From a virus, in the IMG/VR virus record IMGVR_UViG_3300015259_000001: DNA of 64,000 bases, one strand, 5' to 3'. The notes beneath the pieces are model-generated. The model was not told the DNA's origin. It saw only the letters and a program-made list of their open reading frames with translations, and ran no database searches. Position numbers and translations under genes: made by a program. Each line of letters begins with the position of its first letter. The stretch's first letter is position 1. Positions 35,801 to 45,973 of the stretch are shown here, in pieces.

Positions 35801-36135
35801 GGGCTCTAGAAGTTGCAACAGAAGTACAGGAAACCTTTGTACAAGAGTGGAAAGATCCCGGTCCTGCTACTCAGAAGTTCAGGGAATGGTTAGAGCGCAA
35901 CAAAAAAGGTATAGAAAAACATCCTCAATTACGGGGATACTCGGCAGAGCAATTAAAGCGCATGATGAATCAGGCGGCTAATGATAGCGCCATAAAGCGT
36001 AGTAATGCTGCCCGAGCAAGATTAGCAGCTATGAGACACGAATCCGCTGGGCGAGGATTCTCAAGCAATAATGGATCTGTTAACCCTATGTTAGGTGACA
36101 TGGGCATAAAGATTAAAATACAAGGAAATCAATAA
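32881..36135 (+). CDS. Large internal virion/ejection protein (T7 gp16-like position)
   Basis: 1084 aa, last large gene of the morphogenesis arm. Confidence 0.65.
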   Translation: MAEPEVSLSELLARRGFDTGPKTPGIIPEGEDHVSSVIKNITQNYQTSQAQSYNRLDFLPPIQERKNIFVDVPNMLFGDEMNSVGISLDETGFKWDLETAKDAWTEHPVRTGIAVGLTTLPILGAIHKGIRATKLANIPAFELKPFVEEGIDFAQLTNREQETIRINAWSHIRKRDMEAKISSGQASPWDSFKYRFEQRFSNQYLDLMDPNKPIAARAQHYNKMQEAIKGAEINKHMADLPPEEMGPSITRYFKDENMLSKIPEAHRPWAIRMKNQGRKLMDNMESEGFVTAEERAKVGDVWFSLVRRGTPMRHEGAEVGLVTAVKDKGGEVQLINIPRTESVHLLKRKTELKDAGRMINRTEALDLLKAGKDEKALELLTHSDDADISSLIKQGAREQAKVALIETKEILDISSSDLTIKNLLQQHLLFENFRYIRDIAMNPKLTKNADEYYALTPAARADYVNLDAVPNAHIIRRMIGKKVGKEYSDEGLGWIRGELFKELTNSKTGQPAMIHGAVNMIEFLTVLHKTGRTALNVPTQLQNVGGNVINMMWAGMNPFSKENFDLLKTSVNASWKRMKANKKNVTLGKVGTIKSHIPGAKDIDIAEEFNSGNLAELLDESTFNKAEGLESLQRMLDNTSDTQMFLKGLLEYTQKAAKARIGPLSIENAADMYTNVDSAFKLAYYLNLRQRGLSKAGAVLEVSRRFPIYHTVAPVARSVRRHLLPWISFPVETMRIVKNNIIDHPLRMAPWLHATQFMQSLMYPFMDESAEGTKDAQRNLPTWAQKPNTVMTPFRDKNDDMRAMVIDWLPHASFLPQTIAPEAPIMQKFPLGLGEPIPILQGIMNAWTGKDQFGNDIPYDPSNPAQLMQAQTMNLIAAITPPIVGKYLFNATTPDPTYKLRQEFGEAVMPTTGKPGDPIWDFFMNNIGMPGKFYPASGEQYLANQSLTQRGIEAYRGSLSKKWGAYVKNGDWQRALEVATEVQETFVQEWKDPGPATQKFREWLERNKKGIEKHPQLRGYSAEQLKRMMNQAANDSAIKRSNAARARLAAMRHESAGRGFSSNNGSVNPMLGDMGIKIKIQGNQ

Positions 36136-36401
36136 TGAAGAAACTAATATTGGTAGCAGTAGCTGTAATGCTGCTAAGTGGGACCGCTTCCGGACAGAAC
36201 GACACTCCACCTGTAACGTGCGAGTACGCAAGAGAAGTCAAGCAGCTATCAGCATACCAGCTTAATAAGCTGGATATGGCAATCGGAAAAACGGCCCCGT
36301 TCTCTGCTCCTAGAGAAGTTCTATCGGCTCAAGCTCTTGGTATTCTACAATTGTTGGATGTCGTTGAGAGTTGGGAAGAGAGGAACTGCCGAAAGCACTA
36401 A
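36135..36401 (+). CDS. Secreted/periplasmic protein with signal peptide
   Basis: MKKLILVAVAVMLLSGTASG signal; two Cys. Confidence 0.6.
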   Translation: MKKLILVAVAVMLLSGTASGQNDTPPVTCEYAREVKQLSAYQLNKLDMAIGKTAPFSAPREVLSAQALGILQLLDVVESWEERNCRKH

Positions 36402-37174
36402 GGTAGAGGTCGATCAAACGCTATACCGTGCCCACGAACCTCTGGCCTATCGAAGATATGCCAGTCTAAGCCTTCATTTGTAAGATGTTGTCGCAGTGTT
36501 TTATGGGGATCCAACCATTTATACCATGCTTGCTTATGTGTCTCTTCGGTGATATCCCACTGTTCCATCTGTAAACAGATATTAACTATATTAGGATAAA
36601 TATTAGAATATTTATCCATATCTTCTGAAGAACCATAAGCAAACCAGTCCGATAAATCATACTTTAAATTATGTAGAAAGATTGTATTATTTTTCTGTCG
36701 TAATGGAGAATGATTAATTTCCCACCCTCTATCTATGCGAGCCCGAATAACTATATCGTATATTTGACCTATTCGCCTCTCATGTACTTTCTTTAATTCA
36801 TTGCATTTCCAGATCATGTAGAATAAATTCAACATATTCTGGCGACCCCAACTTGTTTTAAACTTTTTCTCCTCTGGATATCCTTTACGAAAGTTCTCCC
36901 ACCTTGTCTTACGCGGGTATTCGTCCATAAACTTATCCGTAAGTTCTGTTCGTGGGGGATCGCCTACAAGTTTCTGGTATTCGGTATAGTATAGAATTGG
37001 GTTATATACGCTTATAGCGCGCTTGTGCTCTGATTCCCAACATGTAGTATAATCATTTTCCCAACAAGCCACAAATACATCAGGCTGAAATTTATCTAAG
37101 ATTCCAACCTTTGTTGTATTATAGTACTGATCAAGATTATGACTAAGGCCGCTCAGACAAAGCGCAACTCGCAT
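36398..37174 (-). CDS. Glycosyltransferase-like protein (MRVALCLSG family)
   Basis: VALCLSG, DVFVACW, YDIVIRARID, SDWFAYGS. Confidence 0.55.
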   Translation of the reverse strand: MRVALCLSGLSHNLDQYYNTTKVGILDKFQPDVFVACWENDYTTCWESEHKRAISVYNPILYYTEYQKLVGDPPRTELTDKFMDEYPRKTRWENFRKGYPEEKKFKTSWGRQNMLNLFYMIWKCNELKKVHERRIGQIYDIVIRARIDRGWEINHSPLRQKNNTIFLHNLKYDLSDWFAYGSSEDMDKYSNIYPNIVNICLQMEQWDITEETHKQAWYKWLDPHKTLRQHLTNEGLDWHIFDRPEVRGHGIAFDRPLP

Positions 37175-37347
37175 TACTCTTCTTCTTCATCTAGTTGATT
37201 TTCTTCAGGTTCATTAGCGTCCTCCTCTGGGGGGACAGGCTCAAAGGTTTCTTCATCTGAAGAAAAGGGGATAGAGGACCGGCAGCTAGTACAGGCCAAT
37301 CCGTAGGTAGTCCATCGTCCACATCGACATCGCATTAACTGATTCAT
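37174..37347 (-). CDS. 57-aa zinc-finger microprotein with acidic tail
   Basis: Hand translation MNQLMRCRCGRWTTYGLACTSCRSSIPFSSDEETFEPVPPEEDANEPEENQLDEEEE. Confidence 0.6.
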   Translation of the reverse strand: MNQLMRCRCGRWTTYGLACTSCRSSIPFSSDEETFEPVPPEEDANEPEENQLDEEEE

Positions 37348-38102
37348 AGTGTGCCATTCTTATGCCAATCCTCTAGTACCGGGTTAACCGGATAAGATTT
37401 AATTCTTGTTTTTAAAATTGGCAATTCGTCTAGTAGGTTTATTTCTGTTTCTTCTCCCCTAAGATAAGTTGGCTTTTTCTTCCGGTCTAATCGACCATGA
37501 GTTTTAGCGTCCATAGGTGATCTCAAGGCTCCATGTAAATGCCAGCAGATGGCACCCTTTGGTAGCCACATCTGATTGCCCGGTCTGCCTTCATATATCT
37601 GATATTCATTAGGATGAGGGCCACCGAAAATTGCAGTTCTATGATAAAGTCTATGATGAGGTACCCTATCGTGTACCCCATATGCAGTCTTTAGGTTTGC
37701 TTGAACCTCTATTCTAGGTACCATTCCGTATAATAGTCCAGTTTCTTCGTAATACTGATAAAGATTATCGGCATATCCTACAATAGTATTAAGGGATTCA
37801 TTGGTGTAGATCTCGTCCCCATCCACCATAAAGTACCATTCGCTTCGAGCCTCAGCAATCATGGAGTTACGGAAAGCACCCTGTACAACAGGTGGACAAT
37901 CTGGCATCATTCGGACAAAGAACTCTGAATCTTTTCTTTCGCTCTGAACGAAGTTGTCTATAATCTCTCTTGTTCCGTCCGTACTGCCTACATCATAGAT
38001 AACATATCTAGAAAAATGATCACGAAGACTTTCAAGAACATAGGGTAACCAATACGCTTCATTCTTGACTAGTATCGTAGGAACTAGTTTATCCGTTTTC
38101 AT
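37344..38102 (-). CDS. GT2 family glycosyltransferase
   Basis: ILVKNEAYWL, IYDVGSTDGT, FMVDGDE (DxD). Confidence 0.85.
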   Translation of the reverse strand: MKTDKLVPTILVKNEAYWLPYVLESLRDHFSRYVIYDVGSTDGTREIIDNFVQSERKDSEFFVRMMPDCPPVVQGAFRNSMIAEARSEWYFMVDGDEIYTNESLNTIVGYADNLYQYYEETGLLYGMVPRIEVQANLKTAYGVHDRVPHHRLYHRTAIFGGPHPNEYQIYEGRPGNQMWLPKGAICWHLHGALRSPMDAKTHGRLDRKKKPTYLRGEETEINLLDELPILKTRIKSYPVNPVLEDWHKNGTL

Positions 38103-38725
38103 TATAGATATCTCTGCACGAAGTTTAGATTAACCTCATTAACATCATCAACTTTTATGACATTCGCCCCTGTAGCATGTGCGGCTACGATACCATTTTC
38201 ATTATCCTCTAGAATTAACGTTTCCTCTGGATAAGATCTAATATTGATCATAGCTTTAATATAACCTTCAGGATGAGGCTTATTAAATCTCACGCTATCG
38301 TTAGTAATAATAGTAGAGAAAAAATGGCTTGGAGATTCAGATAACGTCAACTTACGAAGCATCTCCATTGCAGTTCCTTTACTGCAATTGGTTACTACCC
38401 CCAAGATATACTTTTTCTTTAGTTCCATAACCATTCTAATCTTATCTGAGTTATAGAGATTAGCAGTAATTATTTCATCAAAAGTATATCTCTGCTTAAC
38501 TTGATAAATCTTATCTAATTGGTTATCTAATACGCGCTTCTGTTTTATTAAGAGCGATAATTTAGTCTTCGTAGGAAGACCATTGAACTTCAAATCGTGC
38601 TCTGAGTGGTCTATCTCAAACCCACAAGTCTCTCTAAGAGCACGGTTAAGAGCCCGGTAATGAATCTCCGTAGCATCTACCAACACTCCATCCAAATCAA
38701 ATAGAATTGCACGTATTGAGGACAT
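38102..38725 (-). CDS. HAD-superfamily phosphatase (beta-PGM-like); start reassigned to ATG 38725
   Basis: ILFDLDGVLVD, KPHPEGY, ILEDNENG. Confidence 0.9.
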   Translation of the reverse strand: MSSIRAILFDLDGVLVDATEIHYRALNRALRETCGFEIDHSEHDLKFNGLPTKTKLSLLIKQKRVLDNQLDKIYQVKQRYTFDEIITANLYNSDKIRMVMELKKKYILGVVTNCSKGTAMEMLRKLTLSESPSHFFSTIITNDSVRFNKPHPEGYIKAMINIRSYPEETLILEDNENGIVAAHATGANVIKVDDVNEVNLNFVQRYL

Positions 38726-38726
38726 T

Positions 38727-39746
38727 TTACTTCCGTACTGCCATTTCATCATGATAAGATCTAGTAACCTCTACGAACTCAGCTTTTCGCTGTAGCTCTG
38801 TAATGTTTCTCGCGCCTCCGTACGTAAATCCGGATCTAATTCCACCACATAAGGTATCAATTAGTTTCTTCGCAGATCCGCTTATAGGAGCCCAAAATGA
38901 TTCACCTTCAGGAACAGTACCTGACTTTAATTCTCCAAAATAATCTTTTTGAAAGTCCTCACTAGCCTGTCCACGATATTTAGCTTCAAATAAAAGACCA
39001 TTATCTAAGACAGTCGTCCCTACAATCTGACGTTTTTCTGCTGCAGATTCGGCGGTCAGAGCAAACAGCTTGCCGATCATAACCGTAGAAGCGCCTGCAG
39101 CTAACGCTAGGACGATATCTCGGCTATCCCTGATACCACCATCGGCTATGATAGGAATACGTAGCTTCTGGCCCATCCTAGCGCATTCCTGTATAGCTGT
39201 GAACTGTGGTACTCCGAAGCCTGTGACTGATCTAGTCGTGCAGGCTGCTCCGGGACCTATACCAACTTTTACCGCATCAGCACCAGCATTGTAAAGATCC
39301 ATTACTGCTTGTGCTGTGCAAACATTACCTGCAATAACTTGAGAATCAGGGTTCATAATCTTAAACTGACGGATAGCGTATACCATCTTTTCGCAGTGTC
39401 CGTGAGCCACATCAAAACAAACATTCACTACTTTGCCAAAAGAGTTAGCTTTTTCTAAATCATCGTATCCTAGTCCAAAGGATAGAAAACATTGAGAATA
39501 TTCTGTAGCCCAAAACTCTTGCTGTTTAATATCGCAAAACCGATGAAATATAGGTAGAGATCCATAACTAACCATTACGTCTGCAAGTTTATCCCCAATT
39601 ACAGTATCCATATTGGCAGCTACAATAGGTATACTTATTTTAATCTTTTTAGTTAACCAAGAGTCTAGAGTAGGCTCAGTTCTTGATTCGATGTTGTTAT
39701 ATTGAGGTACTAAGGCTACATCATCGAATGTTAGTGCGCGATTCAT
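38727..39746 (-). CDS. IMPDH/GMP reductase family (no CBS domain)
   Basis: [43 protein letters not shown]. Confidence 0.9.
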   Translation of the reverse strand: MNRALTFDDVALVPQYNNIESRTEPTLDSWLTKKIKISIPIVAANMDTVIGDKLADVMVSYGSLPIFHRFCDIKQQEFWATEYSQCFLSFGLGYDDLEKANSFGKVVNVCFDVAHGHCEKMVYAIRQFKIMNPDSQVIAGNVCTAQAVMDLYNAGADAVKVGIGPGAACTTRSVTGFGVPQFTAIQECARMGQKLRIPIIADGGIRDSRDIVLALAAGASTVMIGKLFALTAESAAEKRQIVGTTVLDNGLLFEAKYRGQASEDFQKDYFGELKSGTVPEGESFWAPISGSAKKLIDTLCGGIRSGFTYGGARNITELQRKAEFVEVTRSYHDEMAVRK

Positions 39747-39973
39747 TATTCATCACTCTCATACTGTATAGCATCTTGTATGCTGTCTATTATAGCAAAT
39801 TCCCGTTTAACGAGAACACCTGTTAAACATTCTCTACATGGAGATTCCTCATAGGAAGCATGTTTATAATGTGGGCACATAAGTATATCTTCACCTTTCA
39901 CAGGAAAAGGATACTTTTTCCGCCATTCTCTATCGAACTCATGTATAACATCTCTAAGGTGTTTGATCTTCAT
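39746..39973 (-). CDS. Small hypothetical protein
   Basis: 75 aa, CPH...CxxC. Confidence 0.5.
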   Translation of the reverse strand: MKIKHLRDVIHEFDREWRKKYPFPVKGEDILMCPHYKHASYEESPCRECLTGVLVKREFAIIDSIQDAIQYESDE

Positions 39974-40896
39974 GATACAACCTCTAGTATCTGTTGAACT
40001 CTGTGTTTTATTAGATGTTTATTTATAACTTCTTCGTACGCTAGCTTTGCCATAAGTATAGCATCTGTTGGCTTATTTACAACCCATTTCATTGCTTCCT
40101 CAAGATCACTATAGTCTACATTATAAGGAACATAATGTTTTTCTGCCTCGAATAATAAATCCATACCAGAGTCTACATCTCTATCGCAAACTAATGGGGC
40201 TCCGTTAGCCATACTTTCAAAAATCCGTAAATTAATATCGTGCTTCTGACCTTTATTGAAAAGGTTACGACAGCGGCTCATAGCTATACCAGTCATAGGC
40301 CACTTAGGTTTATAAGTTTTAGCTAGTTGACGAACATCGTAAGTCCAGCTATGCTTTTTGCATATCTCTATCATAGGGTGTGCTCTATCCAGACCGAACT
40401 TACTACCGAAAAAGCCGAAGTCGAATTCAAATTCGGTAGACATAGCTTTGGACCTATCACTTCCAAACCATTCAAGGTCGGTCGCATTAGGGGACCAGTG
40501 GGCAGATTTATGTTTAGCGAATATATCTCTACGACTGTACACTGCAAAGAATACATGGCTATAGTAAGGTGCTAACCTATGGTGAAGACTTGCTTGTCCA
40601 TGACTGTCAGTAAAAATCACAGCCGTAGGAATAGCCCACTTTGGGCCTTTAGTTACAAAGCAATGTCCAATGAAGGGTAAATTACCATCGGGATTTCGAC
40701 CATTGTCTATATCAAGTACCAGATCCCATTGATTAAGATTAATAGTATGTAGCTGATCTAGTGATACATCTTGGTTCTCGCCTAGCGTAAGGACATCATG
40801 GCCCAGTGCTTTAAACTCTCTAACATAACTATTAGCATAGCAGGGAACCTCTATACCGTTATGCAGATCTTTTCTGTATGAGACTATAAGTTTCAT
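39970..40896 (-). CDS. GT-B glycosyltransferase (CgeB/Glyco_trans_1_2-like)
   Basis: INLRIFESMANGAPLV, HYVPY, KHLIKHRVQQIL. Confidence 0.8.
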   Translation of the reverse strand: MKLIVSYRKDLHNGIEVPCYANSYVREFKALGHDVLTLGENQDVSLDQLHTINLNQWDLVLDIDNGRNPDGNLPFIGHCFVTKGPKWAIPTAVIFTDSHGQASLHHRLAPYYSHVFFAVYSRRDIFAKHKSAHWSPNATDLEWFGSDRSKAMSTEFEFDFGFFGSKFGLDRAHPMIEICKKHSWTYDVRQLAKTYKPKWPMTGIAMSRCRNLFNKGQKHDINLRIFESMANGAPLVCDRDVDSGMDLLFEAEKHYVPYNVDYSDLEEAMKWVVNKPTDAILMAKLAYEEVINKHLIKHRVQQILEVVS

Positions 40897-41051
40897 TAAT
40901 TACATCGAGGTTTTTTAGAGCACTTTTTGTCTTCTAACTCCAACAGTCTTCTATCAAATTCTACTAAAATCTGCTGTAGCATCGCTACACCTTCCGATCT
41001 TGTAGCAGTTGGCCATAGATCTATTAACTCTTGAAGCTCTTCTCTAGTCAT
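40896..41051 (-). CDS. 51-aa hypothetical protein
   Basis: Hand translation; fills the gap with overlaps at both ends. Confidence 0.5.
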   Translation of the reverse strand: MTREELQELIDLWPTATRSEGVAMLQQILVEFDRRLLELEDKKCSKKPRCN

Positions 41052-41791
41052 GGCATCTCCAAAGGAATATATATCTGACCACTAGCATTTACTTTCTTCA
41101 ATACATTTCTATTTCGCTTTAGTTCTTCCTTGGTGCGAGACTTCTCGAAGTTCCAACGCCCGCCCTCAGTATCCCCCTTCTGGATAAACATATCTCGGGC
41201 TTCTTTAATATCTACATATTTAAGAGGATGACCGATTAATCCTGCCCTATTAATTCTATCCGTCCATTGTCCATGAGCGTATCCCATTCCTACGAATTCA
41301 GGATGTAACGCGCCCACCTGTCTAATAACTTCGGCGGTTATAAAGGTTAGATCTCCTCTAGGAGAAGAAGCATATACTGGTGTAAGTTTAAGGTTTTCCT
41401 GCATCCAAATAGTAAATTCATTATGAGATTCAGTGATCTCTTTGTCTTGAACCCGGCAGAAATGATTAATACCGGAGTGAATAGCTGCTCGTTCATAAGT
41501 TTCAAACCATCCTTTAGATGTCGGGAAAAGATCATCTTCAAGAAGACAGATGAAATGACAGTCCTGTAAAAGGTATAGGGCTCTATTCTTATTGGCAGCT
41601 ACTCCAAGATTAGGACCACGTACATAAGTTATATCGAATTTCCTAGCTACTTCAGCCGTAAAATCAGTGCTACCATCATCACATAGTATAATTTTTGCGT
41701 CCTTGGGAGCGGTATCTATAACGGATTGAATAAACTCCCGTAGGTAATTACTACGATTGTAGGTTAGAAGTCCTATTCCTCTAGCTATCAC
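41048..41791 (-). CDS. GT2 family glycosyltransferase
   Basis: LLTYNR, CDDGSTD, NLGVAANKN, LLEDD, GMGYAH. Confidence 0.85.
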   Translation of the reverse strand: MIARGIGLLTYNRSNYLREFIQSVIDTAPKDAKIILCDDGSTDFTAEVARKFDITYVRGPNLGVAANKNRALYLLQDCHFICLLEDDLFPTSKGWFETYERAAIHSGINHFCRVQDKEITESHNEFTIWMQENLKLTPVYASSPRGDLTFITAEVIRQVGALHPEFVGMGYAHGQWTDRINRAGLIGHPLKYVDIKEARDMFIQKGDTEGGRWNFEKSRTKEELKRNRNVLKKVNASGQIYIPLEMP

Positions 41792-41918
41792 GAAACGTAT
41801 CCTTAATGCTATTAATATTTTCTACTATTAGTTCAAATATAAAAGATAATAAACAAAATCCGAATGCCATCCCAACTGCCCAAGCCATTATTACTGCAGT
41901 TGTCTCTAAGATCCACAT
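41781..41918 (-). CDS. 45-aa membrane microprotein
   Basis: Hand translation MWILETTAVIMAWAVGMAFGFCLLSFIFELIV... Confidence 0.45.
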   Translation of the reverse strand: MWILETTAVIMAWAVGMAFGFCLLSFIFELIVENINSIKDTFRDS

Positions 41919-44900
41919 AATTCCTCCACAACTCGCTCAAGCGAGTCTATACATTCTGTGGAATCTACGTATCTTTCTGCGGTGCGATAACCTTCGAAAC
42001 CTAGTCTAACCATCTTAGATGGCTCAATAATAAGACTATCAATCGACGAAAAGATCATATCAGGTCTAGATATAGGTACTAATAAGCAATTCTTTTCATG
42101 CTCTGTAAATTCAGTATGAACGTCAGTTAGTACACAAGCAACACAAGCACTCATTGCTTCTAGTGCCATTCTTCCTAAACCTTCAGTATGGCTTACGCCA
42201 ACCCAGATATCTGTGTTCTTAAATAGATCTGCCATGTGTTGTCTAGATAGGGACTCATGGTATTTAATCCATGGAGGCATAAGTAGTTTATCTTTAGGAT
42301 ATTCTCCTACCCCCTCGATCTTGACCATATCTCCAAACTTTTCCTTAATCTTAGTTAAAGCTTGGATAGCATCACCGCTACCCTTTAATGGGTACTGGTG
42401 AATGAGAGTACATATTCTAACTGGTCCGTCTACTCTCCCAGTTCGATAAACTTTCTGTGATGGGATAGTCTGAAATACCTCATGTCCGTAATGAAACCAA
42501 CCAATCCGAGTAGCATCTGATGGTTTATTGTTCCATGTCGGAAGAGGATTTCGACATACATTAGCTAACCATTCTGTACTAGTAATGATCTTATCCCACT
42601 TAATATTTAGACTCTTCTCCTCATACTCCTTAAACCTTTCATTGTGAGAAAGCTTGAGCATGATTTTCTTCTTCGCTTGGGGCAGTTCGGAGAAGTAATC
42701 ATTAAGTGGGTTATCAGAGTTGACAATTAGAACATCGCACTCGGGTATATCCTTATGCTCTAAGCTAATTGGCAGATCTGTAAATCCTAGTACTTCAGGA
42801 GTGACATCAGCGTATACAGATGTAATAGATACATCATGTCCGCGATCTGCCAGACCATTTGCTAAAGTTAAGATAGTAGTAGGGCCACCATGTTTTCTCA
42901 TATGGGGGGTAACAAATACGATACGGCGCTTAGTCTGGCGAAGGTGAAGATTCTTCTCTAGCGCTTCAATAAAAGTATTTACCGAATTATCTCTATCGTG
43001 TTCCTCAAGACTTTCTAAAGCGGATTTTTGTAATTTAGCTCGCTGTTCAGGATTCTGCAATAGAGCTATAACTGAATCAGCAACCTCAATAGGAGGCATA
43101 CTATTCGGTAGTTTTAACCCATTCTTACCGTGTCTAACATACTCTCCAATACCCTTATTATCCCAACAAATTACTGGGACACCAGAAGCCATAGCCTCAA
43201 GACAAGGCATTCCGTATGAGTGAATATAGGAGGGGTCAATAAATACATCGACTTCATTCCTTAGGAGGTTAGCAAGACGGGTCTGAGATATTGGTCCTAA
43301 AGCGATAGCTGTACCGCAAACTTCAGGAATAGAGTCAACACCATAAGTCATTATTCTGGTATTAAGCCCTGCTTTGACGCTCTTATTGTACAAGTATTGA
43401 ATAAGCTGGATAGCTCTGTCATATCCTTTGAAAGGATAAGAAGCGGAAATAGGAACCATAACTGTAACCCGATCATCTCCTGATTCTCTATTCCCGGGAT
43501 AAAATAGTTTCCTATCTACGCCCGGAGCAACGGTTGATACGACATTAACTCCATCCTCGATTAGCTTCTTAGTAATCCAATGCGAGCTAGATATAACTTG
43601 AGGAGCCAGTTTAAAGAATCGTTTAAATTCCTCAGCAGTCGTAGAATCAGCGCCGACTAGATCAGGCTCATAAGACTGTGTGTGTAGGACGTGTTTGAGC
43701 TTTTTCTCTACTTCACACAAACTGCTTACAAGAGGAGCTAATTCAGAAGTTGAAGAAATGATTACTCCATTTTTAAACACCTTAGAAGTAAAGGTTTTTA
43801 AGAACTCTTCTTCGCTGGCGAAGTTAATAACACCAGTCCGTAGTTCACCAAGTGGTTCTGGTAGCTTAGCTCTGATATCTCTAGCTACAACCGCTACTCT
43901 AGCGTCACCGCCACGTTCATTAATCTCGTTAACAATATCTGTAATAAACTTCATTCCACCACAGAAGGCTGCGGATCTAACTACCCAACATACTCTGTAG
44001 GGTACCTTTCGACTGGAATTTAGGATAGAAGAAGAAATATCATTCTTTATGTGTCCTAAACTTTTATCAATATGAAATGTTTTTTTCCACTGGGTAAATT
44101 GAGGCCATATTCGGTTAAACCGATTAGCAGCGTGCTTTCGGAAACCCATATGTTTTTCTTCTCCAAGGCTGGAGAACGAGCTACCTCTCTCATGAAATAC
44201 GTAAGTATCATCTGCCATTACCGCTCTGTATCCCTTTACCGTAGGACCACGACGATAGGTAATCGTCTTCATCCAATGGTCACTCTCTTCTCCAAAGTTC
44301 GGGTATGACTCATCGAAGGGACCAATTTCGGACAGAAGAGATCGTCTGAACATATAGCAAAATCCGGTAGGCATTATCTCGGGATACTTAACATCACCCC
44401 TATTCTGTAGTATCCTATTCATATCTAGATATGAAGCTCCGGGAGACATATTTACGTTAATTACTGCCGTATTATTAGTAACGGGATTAACTATCTGATT
44501 CCTAGAATTAGCTTCAAGAGCAAATACCAGTTTTGTTAACCAGTCTTGAGTAACTAATACGTCTGAATTAAGAAGACATACATACTTACCGCGCCCGATA
44601 GTAATGCCCCTATTAACAGAGGCAGCAAACCCTTTATTCTTAGCATTCGTAACGAGTATAATCTTATCGGGATGTTTTTCGTATAAGTCTTTTAATACTT
44701 CTTTAGTTTTATAGTCTGATGCATCATCTACGATAATTAACTTATAAGGCCATCGGGTCCTAGATAGAACTGTTTTGATAGCTTTATCTGCAATATGAAT
44801 AGAATTATATACAGGCATAACTATATCAACTGGATATCGTTCTTTAGATGCGACATTTATAGCCGCGTTGTATAGTGTCTCTTTGCTATTTTGAAAGAAA

Positions 44901-45082
44901 TTATCTTTAGGTAATAAGGTAGATATTGCAGAGGCAAGTTGCCCCTGTAATTCTCCGGTCATTGGAACTTCTACTTCATCAGTAGATTTGGGATTGATTA
45001 AGTCATCAACCCTTCTAGCTACCTCGTCAGAAGTGGGGGCTACCCATACATAGGTATTATCAGACTGACGATGGAATGACAC
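41906..45082 (-). CDS. Three-module glycosyltransferase GT2-GT4-GT4
   Basis: VDIVMPVYN/VDDAS/LLNSD; GGMKFI...YGMPCLEAMASG; GGPTTI...EGLGRMALEAMS. Confidence 0.9.
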   Translation of the reverse strand: MSFHRQSDNTYVWVAPTSDEVARRVDDLINPKSTDEVEVPMTGELQGQLASAISTLLPKDNFFQNSKETLYNAAINVASKERYPVDIVMPVYNSIHIADKAIKTVLSRTRWPYKLIIVDDASDYKTKEVLKDLYEKHPDKIILVTNAKNKGFAASVNRGITIGRGKYVCLLNSDVLVTQDWLTKLVFALEANSRNQIVNPVTNNTAVINVNMSPGASYLDMNRILQNRGDVKYPEIMPTGFCYMFRRSLLSEIGPFDESYPNFGEESDHWMKTITYRRGPTVKGYRAVMADDTYVFHERGSSFSSLGEEKHMGFRKHAANRFNRIWPQFTQWKKTFHIDKSLGHIKNDISSSILNSSRKVPYRVCWVVRSAAFCGGMKFITDIVNEINERGGDARVAVVARDIRAKLPEPLGELRTGVINFASEEEFLKTFTSKVFKNGVIISSTSELAPLVSSLCEVEKKLKHVLHTQSYEPDLVGADSTTAEEFKRFFKLAPQVISSSHWITKKLIEDGVNVVSTVAPGVDRKLFYPGNRESGDDRVTVMVPISASYPFKGYDRAIQLIQYLYNKSVKAGLNTRIMTYGVDSIPEVCGTAIALGPISQTRLANLLRNEVDVFIDPSYIHSYGMPCLEAMASGVPVICWDNKGIGEYVRHGKNGLKLPNSMPPIEVADSVIALLQNPEQRAKLQKSALESLEEHDRDNSVNTFIEALEKNLHLRQTKRRIVFVTPHMRKHGGPTTILTLANGLADRGHDVSITSVYADVTPEVLGFTDLPISLEHKDIPECDVLIVNSDNPLNDYFSELPQAKKKIMLKLSHNERFKEYEEKSLNIKWDKIITSTEWLANVCRNPLPTWNNKPSDATRIGWFHYGHEVFQTIPSQKVYRTGRVDGPVRICTLIHQYPLKGSGDAIQALTKIKEKFGDMVKIEGVGEYPKDKLLMPPWIKYHESLSRQHMADLFKNTDIWVGVSHTEGLGRMALEAMSACVACVLTDVHTEFTEHEKNCLLVPISRPDMIFSSIDSLIIEPSKMVRLGFEGYRTAERYVDSTECIDSLERVVEELCGS

Positions 45083-45623
45083 TGGAATTCTTTCCCAAGA
45101 TAATAGAATCTATTACCAAGAATACAGAAGGTAATTCTCCTGTTTTAGCTATAATATCGTATTCAAACGAATAGTTATCTAGTGAGCTTTCGCTGCTATG
45201 CGTATCCGCAGATACCATATCTGATCTTTTCATCCTAATTATTTTACCACCTAGACTTTCAATAGCTTTTACTTCGTTAGGAAATCTGGTATCACTAATA
45301 ACTACATTATTACCTTTAGCTATCTCTTCTTTAATGGTTTCAAACCCTATACGAACCCAAAAATCATCCATAAAGTTTGTTCGAAAAAGATCAGTACCTA
45401 CCACCTGTAGAACTTCTCTAGGGGACATTTCCCATCTAGGATCTACTATTTCTTTCTCAATAGGATCATACATTTGTGCATGTGTAAAACGAAATAGTAG
45501 TTTACCTATTATTTCTTTAAGTGGGTATGCCCAAGATACCTCTACGAATCCGTGCTTCTCAACTAAGTAGGTCGCTACACTGGACTTACCAGAGAGCTTC
45601 TTACCTGACAATGATATAATCAT
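45060..45623 (-). CDS. Deoxynucleoside monophosphate kinase
   Basis: ISLSGKKLSGKS, SPREVLQVVGTD, ISDTRFPNE, HSSE. Confidence 0.9.
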   Translation of the reverse strand: MIISLSGKKLSGKSSVATYLVEKHGFVEVSWAYPLKEIIGKLLFRFTHAQMYDPIEKEIVDPRWEMSPREVLQVVGTDLFRTNFMDDFWVRIGFETIKEEIAKGNNVVISDTRFPNEVKAIESLGGKIIRMKRSDMVSADTHSSESSLDNYSFEYDIIAKTGELPSVFLVIDSIILGKNSSVIPSSV

Positions 45624-45973
45624 TATATCTTACCATCAAGAACATTCAATGCCGTATTAGCATCCTTTCGGTGACCCTCATCACATGCATAATCGAAATT
45701 ACAAACAAAGTTGGAAGCCCATTCTGGAAGAGTCCTTACTGCCTTATAAAGTGTACTAGAGAAGTGGGAGATATCTAATAGTTCTGGGTAGTGCGAATAA
45801 GAACTCCCGTCTACAGCGTACCCTGTAGCATCCGCTAGAGGACAGTTAATAGAATCACACTTATACGTTTTTCCACCGTTCCAAATCGTTTTGACCAGAT
45901 AGGCACGAAACTCAGACTTCTTAATAAATGGTCCCGGTTTTTCTATATTTAACTTTTTCATGGTGTCTCCCAT
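45623..45973 (-). CDS. Hypothetical protein, tandem paralog 2
   Basis: NCPLADATGYAVDGSSYSHY...TLPEWA. Confidence 0.7.
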   Translation of the reverse strand: MGDTMKKLNIEKPGPFIKKSEFRAYLVKTIWNGGKTYKCDSINCPLADATGYAVDGSSYSHYPELLDISHFSSTLYKAVRTLPEWASNFVCNFDYACDEGHRKDANTALNVLDGKI

